Below, piece after piece: positions 8,721 to 15,604 of a stretch of DNA of 32,000 nucleotides; the stretch's first letter is position 1; each line of letters begins with the position of its first letter. Source of the stretch: an uncultured archaeon (GTDB taxonomy: Archaea > Iainarchaeota > Iainarchaeia > Iainarchaeales > JAAZKV01); assembly GCA_964551375.1 (NCBI GenBank), contig CAZKBG010000001.1, forward strand, positions 300,001 to 332,000, read 5' to 3'. Position numbers and translations under genes: made by a program. The notes under the pieces are model-generated. The model had not been told where the DNA came from, searched no databases, and saw only the letters and a list, made by a program, of their open reading frames with translations.

Positions 8721-9622
8721 AGCACGGAAAAAGCCTCTTAATCATCGGCTCAAAGAATTTTAAAAAATCAACAGTGAATGCGCTTATTGAAGAAGCAAAG
8801 AACAGATTTGTTTCAGTATTGTTTGTTCCGATTGATAAAATACAAATCCAAACATCCACAGGAAAGGTCGGAATTTTTTACAAAGGGAAAAACCTTCTTG
8901 CGTTTGATGTGATTTATCCAAGAGTTTCATCAAAAGACTTTTTGCTTGGAGAAACCGTTCTAAAAACAATAGAAAGCTCAAACGCATACACCCCCGTAAC
9001 GCTTGACGCTTACCAAGTTACTAATCACAAATTTTACACTTCTCAAAAACTTTCAAACGCAAAAATCCCAGGACTTTTAAGCACTCTTTCAATTTCCCCA
9101 AAATACGCTGATTATGCGGTGAATGAAACAGGATATCCTTTTGTAATGAAAATACTATCAGGATTTGCTGGAAAAGGAGTTGTTCTTGTTAATTCAAAAG
9201 AGCAGATGGAAAGCATACTTGACGCAATGCACTTATTTGAAGAATTTATATGCACTCAAAAATTTATCAAAGGAAAAGACTATGACATCAGATGCTATGT
9301 TATCGGCGATTATGTGATTGCAGTTAAAAGAAAAGCAAAGAAAGGGGATTGGAGGGCAAATATTTCAAGAGGCGGCTCTGCTTCGCTCATAAACCCCACT
9401 CCTGAAATACTTGATGTCGCAAAAAAAGCAGCAAAGGTTCTGAAGATGGACATATGCGCAGTTGATTTAATGGAGCTAAAAAACAAATGGGTGGTAATTG
9501 AAGTAAACTTTATGCCGGGGCCGTTTAGAAAATTCCTTGGAACAATGGTGGTTCAGGAATGGATGAGACTTTTAGCCGACAAAGCCGAGAAAAAAACCCT
9601 TCTTTTAACCAGCGGGCCTTAG
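8717..9622 (+). CDS. RimK-like ATP-grasp ligase, canonical motifs
   Basis: 301 aa: YPFVMKILSGFAGKGVVLV, YDIRCYVIGDYVIAVKRKAKKGDWRANISRGGSA, VVIEVNFMPGPF. Overlaps the upstream gene by 4 nt (ATGA). Confidence 0.88.
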   Translation: MKHGKSLLIIGSKNFKKSTVNALIEEAKNRFVSVLFVPIDKIQIQTSTGKVGIFYKGKNLLAFDVIYPRVSSKDFLLGETVLKTIESSNAYTPVTLDAYQVTNHKFYTSQKLSNAKIPGLLSTLSISPKYADYAVNETGYPFVMKILSGFAGKGVVLVNSKEQMESILDAMHLFEEFICTQKFIKGKDYDIRCYVIGDYVIAVKRKAKKGDWRANISRGGSASLINPTPEILDVAKKAAKVLKMDICAVDLMELKNKWVVIEVNFMPGPFRKFLGTMVVQEWMRLLADKAEKKTLLLTSGP

Positions 9623-9661
9623 AAAAACAATTAATAATTATCACTACATCAAATCATTACT

Positions 9662-10804
9662 ATGCTTAGGCAAAACAATCATTTTCACGATTACACAAGG
9701 CTTGACCAAAAAATCTGCCAGCTTGCAAGCGCAATTGAAACTAACGTTTTAGCATACATAAGCCCGCAAAATCTGGCTGGAGAGAAAAAAAAGTTCTTTG
9801 AAGCAATAAGCAAAAATGAACAATACAACCCGATATTTTCATACATTCCAAGAAACCCTGTTTTTTCATACTTTAACATGTCGCCCACATTCAGCACATA
9901 CAAAATGGAGCTAAAAGAACTCCTTATTGAAATCGGAGATGATTCGCTTGACCTTATTTTTGAAAAAAAGATAATTGACTTATTTGACCGAATGGAAATG
10001 CTAAGAAGCGTAGGTACTGAAAACTTTACCGGAAACGCTGAGTCATATTACGGAGGAGTGGATAATGCGACAGTCAGATTTGCAAAAGAATTTTTATCAA
10101 AAAACTTTGAGCCTGAAGAAAGGACTATCCCGTACGAAGAAGCAAAAAAGGTAATTGAAGAATTCCTTAAGAAAAAAAGATTAACTTATAAAATCAGCAA
10201 AAAAGAAACCGCTGGCTCCAAATTTTCGGTAAATATAAGAACAAAAGAAATTCTAATCAATCCAAACTATCCATTTTCAAAGAATTCGCTCAAAAGACTT
10301 ATTGCGCATGAAATTGAAGGGCATATTTACAGATACGAAAACGGATTAAGACAGCCTTACAAAATATTTTCAAGAGGATTAAGCCGAGAAACGCTCGAAA
10401 CAGAAGAAGGAATTGCAGTTTATGTTGAGCAGCAGCAGGGAATCAACATTGATTCGCAGTTAAAAGAATACTCTGGCAGAGTGCTTGCAATCTCAACTGC
10501 CATGAAACAATCATTCTATGAAACATTTCTTGAACTAAAAAAATACTTTTCTGATGAGGACGCATTTAACATCACAGTGAGGGCAAAAAGAGGGGTGTAT
10601 AGGCAGGATCAAGGAGGCGCTTTTACAAAAGACGCGCTTTACCTAAAAGGAATGCTATTAGTCCAGGACTTTTTAACCAAACAACCCATAAATGAACTTT
10701 ACTACGGCAGATACGCGACAAGCGATACTCCGCTTGTGCTTGACATTGACGGGCTAATAAAGCCAAAATACATGCCTGAATTTACAAAAGCAAAAAAACA
10801 ATAG
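9662..10804 (+). CDS. DUF1704 / MATCAP (QEGLA)-like putative metallopeptidase, copy 1
   Basis: 380 aa: LIAHEIEGHIYRYENGLRQP (HExxxH), ETEEGIAVYVE, GAFTKDALYLKG. Confidence 0.82.
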   Translation: MLRQNNHFHDYTRLDQKICQLASAIETNVLAYISPQNLAGEKKKFFEAISKNEQYNPIFSYIPRNPVFSYFNMSPTFSTYKMELKELLIEIGDDSLDLIFEKKIIDLFDRMEMLRSVGTENFTGNAESYYGGVDNATVRFAKEFLSKNFEPEERTIPYEEAKKVIEEFLKKKRLTYKISKKETAGSKFSVNIRTKEILINPNYPFSKNSLKRLIAHEIEGHIYRYENGLRQPYKIFSRGLSRETLETEEGIAVYVEQQQGINIDSQLKEYSGRVLAISTAMKQSFYETFLELKKYFSDEDAFNITVRAKRGVYRQDQGGAFTKDALYLKGMLLVQDFLTKQPINELYYGRYATSDTPLVLDIDGLIKPKYMPEFTKAKKQ

Positions 10805-10834
10805 AATTAAAACTCACTAAATTCAACTACTTTT

Positions 10835-11923
10835 ATGGAAAATCACATAAAAATTGCGGATAAACTAATTTACTCCTCCGCAGGAAAACTTGAACTTGTA
10901 TTTCTTGATTCAATAAATCCAATTAATTCAGCAAATGAAAAAGACGAATTTTATAAATCACAGGATAATTACCAGCAATACGAGCCATGCTTTAAGTACA
11001 CAAAAGAAATTGACTTTTCAGAACAAAAAAAGCAAATCAACAAGGCTATTTTAATGCTTAAAGGAACAGGACTTGCGGAAAAGATACTAAAGAAAAAGGC
11101 AATCCAGATGCTTTCTGAAATGGAGCTTGTTGAAAACAAAAATACAAAGAAATTCTCAAACTTTTCAAAAAAAACATACGGCAAGCCGAGCGCAAAAAAC
11201 ATAAAACTTGCAAATGAAATACTCTCAAAACCAGCAGGCGAAGAGAATTATGAGTTGACCGCCGGGGAATTAAAAAGCCAGCTTGAAGAAAGACTCTTTC
11301 GAGCCTCAATTGATTATCCTGTTATTCTTTCTGAACACATGAGCGCAAAAGCAAGCGTGCACCCAGCGGACGGAAGGATTAAACTGAATCAAAATGCAAA
11401 ATTTGGAAAAGGAGAAGCGGAAAGATTATTTGTTCATGAAGTTGAAACCCATATTTACCGACACTTAAACGGACTAATTCAGCCAATAAAGAGCCTTGCG
11501 CTTGGATTTGGAGGAGAATTTTTAGAAACAGAGGAAGGGCTTGCCGCATTTAATGAAACAAAAGCAAATGTTTCAAGCCCCCAGCAGAAAAGAATTTATG
11601 CAGGAAGACTAATTGCGGTTGATTATGCACTAAAGCACACCTTCTTTGAAACTTATGAATTCCTAAAAACATTTTTTGAGGATGAAGAAGCGTACACCAT
11701 AACTCAAAGAGTAAAAAGAGGGGTAATGTGCGCGGAAAAAGGCGCATTTACTAAAGACCACTGTTATTTTTCAGGATTAATCAAACTTGAAAAATACGCT
11801 GAGGATGAAAAACCAATAATTGACCTTTATTATGGAAAAGTTTCCACAAGAGAAGCAAAATTTGTAAAAAAGCTTTCTAATATTAAAGAACCCGCTTACT
11901 TGCCCAAGTGGCTTGACAAATAG
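10835..11923 (+). CDS. DUF1704 / MATCAP (QEGLA)-like putative metallopeptidase, copy 2
   Basis: 362 aa: LFVHEVETHIYRHLNGLIQP (HExxxH), ETEEGLAAFNE, GAFTKDHCYFSG; paralogous to the upstream gene. Confidence 0.82.
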   Translation: MENHIKIADKLIYSSAGKLELVFLDSINPINSANEKDEFYKSQDNYQQYEPCFKYTKEIDFSEQKKQINKAILMLKGTGLAEKILKKKAIQMLSEMELVENKNTKKFSNFSKKTYGKPSAKNIKLANEILSKPAGEENYELTAGELKSQLEERLFRASIDYPVILSEHMSAKASVHPADGRIKLNQNAKFGKGEAERLFVHEVETHIYRHLNGLIQPIKSLALGFGGEFLETEEGLAAFNETKANVSSPQQKRIYAGRLIAVDYALKHTFFETYEFLKTFFEDEEAYTITQRVKRGVMCAEKGAFTKDHCYFSGLIKLEKYAEDEKPIIDLYYGKVSTREAKFVKKLSNIKEPAYLPKWLDK

Positions 11924-12090
11924 TTCTTTATGTTTCTATCGCCAGATTTTTCTTCTTTAGCTGAAAAATAACACGCAGGAAGCTCTTTTCGCTCTCTATG
12001 GTATGCAATACATTCACAGCAAATTCCTTTCTTCTCACAGTCAAAAGTACAATTGCAATTTTTCAAATTCTTTTCCTGTCTGCACTCCAT
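11896..12090 (-). CDS. DUF6485-like small cysteine-rich protein
   Basis: From internal Met: MECRQEKNLKNCNCTFDCEKKGICCECIAYHRERKELPACYFS. Cysteine pattern typical of this family; the track start at 12132 is probably too early. Confidence 0.75.
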   Translation of the reverse strand: MECRQEKNLKNCNCTFDCEKKGICCECIAYHRERKELPACYFSAKEEKSGDRNIKNYLSSHLGK

Positions 12091-12154
12091 AAAATCGCCA
12101 AAAAAATAATTTTCAACTGCCCTTCCTGGCACTCAAACGACATGCGAACGATAG

Positions 12155-12231
12155 TGAGCCAATACAATTATTGAGTACACAGCCGAAGGCTTTTCCCCGA
12201 GGGCTTTTTCACAGCAGTGAAAAAGGGCTCA
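12155..12231 (-). other. Multi-hairpin element immediately 3' of tRNA-Leu (candidate structured RNA or terminator)
   Basis: Closing stem TGAGCC(12155-12160)/GGCTCA(12226-12231) flanking hairpin AGCC-GAA-GGCT (12181-12191) and perfect 9-bp hairpin CTTTTTCAC-AGCA-GTGAAAAAG (12204-12225). Confidence 0.35.
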
Positions 12232-12315
12232 TGCAAGGGGACGGGCTCGAACCGTCGAACGCACTAAGCGGCCAGATCTTGAGTCTGGTGGGTTTGACCA
12301 CTCCCCAACCCTTGC
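12232..12315 (-). tRNA. tRNA-Leu (anticodon CAA)
   Basis: GCAAGGG...CCCTTGC acceptor, anticodon arm CCAGA-CTCAAGA-TCTGG, long variable arm, T arm GACGG-TTCGAGC-CCGTC; 84 nt, no encoded CCA. Confidence 0.93.
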
Positions 12316-12347
12316 AAAAAAACTTTGAACAAAAACTTTGCCTTTGT

Positions 12348-12821
12348 TCACTTAAATTCCAAAACATCGCCGTATTTTATGTTCTTCATCGTCTTTCCGC
12401 GGATAAATACAGTGCCTTCTTCATGAGCCAAAAGCTCTGTAACAGAAGAGCTTCCCACTTTCACATCTGTAACTACAACATCTTTTTCCAAAATTTTTGT
12501 TTTCATCTTTTTCTTTAACTTTCCTGATTCAACAACGCCTGAAAGCATCATGTCAGTCCCAATATCATAAATTCCGTTGACATTGAAGAGGTTTGTCTCG
12601 CTCTCGCTGTGAACTAATTTAACTTCAAGGGCGCTTTCATCCACTTCTTTAGGCTTTGCGTGATCCGGAACCAAAATATCCTGACTCTCTGCCCCTTGAA
12701 GAATCTTTTCTTCAGGAGTATTCGCTGGCTGATTCTTTTTTTTGAAAATACCCAAAATACCCATAAAAACATACTTCTTAGAAACAAATAAAAAGGATGC
12801 TTTGAAGATTAAAAAAAGCAA
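12348..12821 (-). CDS. Hypothetical protein with an EF-Tu domain-2-like beta-barrel region
   Basis: C-terminal half GIYDIGTDMMLSGVVESGKLKKKMKTKI...KVGSSSVTELLAHEEGTVFIRGKTMKNIKYGDVLEF resembles a translation-factor beta barrel. Start more likely at the internal MGILGIFKKK. Confidence 0.55.
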   Translation of the reverse strand: MLFLIFKASFLFVSKKYVFMGILGIFKKKNQPANTPEEKILQGAESQDILVPDHAKPKEVDESALEVKLVHSESETNLFNVNGIYDIGTDMMLSGVVESGKLKKKMKTKILEKDVVVTDVKVGSSSVTELLAHEEGTVFIRGKTMKNIKYGDVLEFK

Positions 12822-12964
12822 CTTTGACGCTTTTGGAATTACTGAGAATGCTTGAAAAAAATCGCTGAAAAAGTTTTAACAGCTCAAAAAATATTTTTTT
12901 CTTCAAAAATTATGCAAAATAATTATTTTTTGACAAAAATTCCAAAAATATCTCAAAACTTTAT

Positions 12965-13024
12965 CAATTATTTCAAAATTTTCCAAATTATTTCAATATT
13001 TTCCCAATTATTTCAAAAAAATCG
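12965..13024 (+). repeat. Three near-identical 20-bp direct repeats
   Basis: caattatttcaaaattttcc / aaattatttcaatattttcc / caattatttcaaaaaaatcg, exact 20-nt period. Confidence 0.6.
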
Positions 13025-13110
13025 CATTAAACTTAAATATTAGTTGCATTAAATAATATAATAGAGCAAAAAAACTTTTCTTGAACAAAATATCACTGAA
13101 GGACTGACAA

Positions 13111-14532
13111 ATGTTTTCACAAACTGATAATCAAAAACAGCCGACTCCTGTTTCTCCAATTGCAGAAGTTAAAACAAACGGCGATGCTAAACAAACTGCG
13201 GAAGTAAAACAAAACGGCGAAATAAAACAAAAAGGAAAGACAACAGAAAACCCCAAGAAATTTTTATTCATTTCATTTGAAAGCCTTAGCGGAGATTTGG
13301 CTTGGCAGATTAAAAAAGAAGGACATGAAGTAAGAGCGTTTATTGAATCAGAAGCTGACAAAGATGTTTATGAAGGATTTTTGGAAAGAGTTGACGCTTG
13401 GGAAAAATTTGTTGACTGGGCGGATGTTATTATCTTTGATGATGTTGGATTCGGCGGGCAGGCAGAAGAACTGCGCGCAAAGGGAAAGCTTGTTGTAGGC
13501 GGAAGCAAATACACTGACAAGCTTGAAGAAGACAGAGAATTTGGGCAGAATGAAATGAAAAGAGTTGGAATGGATGTTCTCCCCCACTGGGATTTTAATG
13601 ATTTTGGAGAAGCAATTGAATTTATCAAAAATAATCCTGGAAGATATGTTTTCAAGCCTTCAGGAACAGTGGCATCAGACCAGAAAGGAATACTTTTCTT
13701 GGGACAGGAAGAAGACGGCAAGGATTTGCTTCAGATATTAGAACAAAACAGAAAACTTTGGGCAAGAAAAATAAAAAGATTCCAGCTGCAGAAAATGGCG
13801 GTGGGAGTGGAAGTGGCAGTAGGAGCATTCTTTAACGGAAAAGATTTTGTTCTGCCAATAAATGTTAATTTTGAGCACAAAAAACTTTTCCCGGGAGAAC
13901 TTGGGCCATATACAGGAGAGATGGGGACTTTGATGTTCTGGTCCCAGCCAAACGACATATTCCACCGAACTCTTGAAAAAATGAAAACAGATCTCGCAAA
14001 ATCAGGATATGTTGGATATGTTGATATTAACTGCATAGCAAATGCAAAAGGAATCTTTCCGCTTGAATTCACATGCCGGTTCGGCTACCCGACAATAAGC
14101 ATCCAGCTTGAAGGAATCACAAGCGAAATTGGAGAAACATTTTACAAAATGGCGAAGGGAGAAACTTTTGAAATCAAAACAAAAAAAGGATTCCAAATAG
14201 GAATATGCATAGTTGTTCCGCCATTCCCTTTCAAAGACCAGAAAGAATCTTACATTTACAAAGATCTTTCAATTTTATTCAAAAAACCAAATCTTGACGG
14301 AGTGCACCTTGGAGAAAATAAATTGGTAAATGATGTTTGGACAATTGCGGGAGAAACAGGATATGTTCTTGTAATAACAGGCTCTGGAAACACCGTTGAA
14401 GAAGCAAGAAAACAGGCATACTCAAGAGTTAAAAATATCATGATACAAAACATGTACTACCGAACTGATATTGGACTAAGATGGTTCTCTGATTCGGATA
14501 AACTGCATACAGAAGGATACCTTTTCAGCTGA
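13111..14532 (+). CDS. PurD-like (phosphoribosylamine-glycine ligase-related) ATP-grasp protein with N-terminal low-complexity extension
   Basis: 473 aa: YVFKPSGTVASDQKGILF, VEVAVGAFFNGKDF, FPGELGPYTGEMGTLMFW, FPLEFTCRFGYPTIS. Confidence 0.75.
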   Translation: MFSQTDNQKQPTPVSPIAEVKTNGDAKQTAEVKQNGEIKQKGKTTENPKKFLFISFESLSGDLAWQIKKEGHEVRAFIESEADKDVYEGFLERVDAWEKFVDWADVIIFDDVGFGGQAEELRAKGKLVVGGSKYTDKLEEDREFGQNEMKRVGMDVLPHWDFNDFGEAIEFIKNNPGRYVFKPSGTVASDQKGILFLGQEEDGKDLLQILEQNRKLWARKIKRFQLQKMAVGVEVAVGAFFNGKDFVLPINVNFEHKKLFPGELGPYTGEMGTLMFWSQPNDIFHRTLEKMKTDLAKSGYVGYVDINCIANAKGIFPLEFTCRFGYPTISIQLEGITSEIGETFYKMAKGETFEIKTKKGFQIGICIVVPPFPFKDQKESYIYKDLSILFKKPNLDGVHLGENKLVNDVWTIAGETGYVLVITGSGNTVEEARKQAYSRVKNIMIQNMYYRTDIGLRWFSDSDKLHTEGYLFS

Positions 14533-14563
14533 AAAATGCTTTAGCGCAATTTGATGTGAAAAA

Positions 14564-14977
14564 ATGACCGCAAAGAAAAAACTAATTCAAAATTTATTGA
14601 ACACTTACTGCAGATTGCGGAAATCAAAATCACACGGAGTAGGGGTATTTGCCATACGCGAGATTCCTAAAGGAACTAATCCATTCAAATTTGAAAAACC
14701 TCAAAGCTGGGTCAAAATAAGCGCAGAAGAAGTAAAAAATGCCCGCGCAGAAGTAAAAGAAATGATTGACGCATTTTATGTAATCAAAAAAGATGGAAGT
14801 TTTTGGGCAAATTCAGGCGGGTTAGCCTCAATGGGAATGTCATTTTACATGAACACTTCAAAAAAGCCGAATGTAAAAACAACTGATGACGGGGCGAATT
14901 TCAAAACAACAAGACTGATAAAAAAAGGCGAAGAGCTTTTAACAGATTACTCGGATTATGACTGGAAATATGAATAG
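14564..14977 (+). CDS. SET-domain protein (putative protein lysine methyltransferase) 1
   Basis: 137 aa: KSHGVGVFAIREIPKGT ... SFYMNTSKKPNVKT ... LIKKGEELLTDYSDY. Confidence 0.8.
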   Translation: MTAKKKLIQNLLNTYCRLRKSKSHGVGVFAIREIPKGTNPFKFEKPQSWVKISAEEVKNARAEVKEMIDAFYVIKKDGSFWANSGGLASMGMSFYMNTSKKPNVKTTDDGANFKTTRLIKKGEELLTDYSDYDWKYE

Positions 14978-15030
14978 CACTAATATAAAAATACATTAAA
15001 TTAATTTTATTTAGAATAACTGGTGAGCAA

Positions 15031-15513
15031 ATGGGGAAATATCCTTCAAAAGTAGTATTGAATCATTACGGCAAAGCGCTTATTGCAAAAAAAACAATTC
15101 CTGCAGGGACTGTTGTCGAGAAATTTGAAGGAAAAGTAATTTCGTATAATGAAGTTCCACTCGATATGATATGCTATGCAATTTATGTTGGGGAAAACGG
15201 CGCTGATGAATGGGTTGTTTCCAAAACAAACGCAATTTATGCAAACCACTCCTGCGAGCCGAACTGCTCAATTGACGATGAGCTCAACATATTTACAACA
15301 AAAGAAGTGAAAAAAGGCGAGGAATTAAGTTACAGCTACAACCGCCTTGAAGAAGACGAAAATGAAAAAGATTATATTTGGGACAAGAGATGGAACTTTG
15401 AATGCAAATGCGGTTCGCCAGTTTGCCAGAAAAATGTTAACGGATATGTGAAGAAAAAGAAAGAAGTAGAATATGCAAAAATAACTACCCGCCTAAATGA
15501 CCGCTTGCATTAA
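15031..15513 (+). CDS. SET-domain protein with post-SET zinc-binding cysteines, 2
   Basis: 160 aa: GKALIAKKTIPAGTVV, YANHSCEPNCSI, VKKGEELSYSYN, FECKCGSPVCQKNVNGY. Confidence 0.9.
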   Translation: MGKYPSKVVLNHYGKALIAKKTIPAGTVVEKFEGKVISYNEVPLDMICYAIYVGENGADEWVVSKTNAIYANHSCEPNCSIDDELNIFTTKEVKKGEELSYSYNRLEEDENEKDYIWDKRWNFECKCGSPVCQKNVNGYVKKKKEVEYAKITTRLNDRLH

Positions 15514-15604
15514 AATTTCCAAGTGAATTGATTAAAATCAACCCGAAGCACCACAATCCATTCTTTATTGCCGAACTGACCGATTTATTTTATATCATTG
15601 GGCA

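Noticed and set aside
12171-12518. 115-aa plus-strand ORF
   Set aside because: It runs antisense through tRNA-Leu and the 12348-12821 gene; composition is not protein-like and the frame is a by-product.
12965-13024. CRISPR array
   Set aside because: The repeats are contiguous, AT-rich and without spacers; no cas genes are present in the window.
12852-13043. 63-aa plus-strand ORF MKKIAEKVLTAQKIFFSSKIMQNNYFLTK...
   Set aside because: It is encoded by the AT-rich 20-bp repeat region; the repeated QNF/FQI-like peptide reflects nucleotide repeats, not a protein.
13131-14453. Several antisense ORFs (e.g. 13368-13721, 13731-14072, 14256-14453) on the minus strand
   Set aside because: These are shadow frames of the strongly supported ATP-grasp gene.
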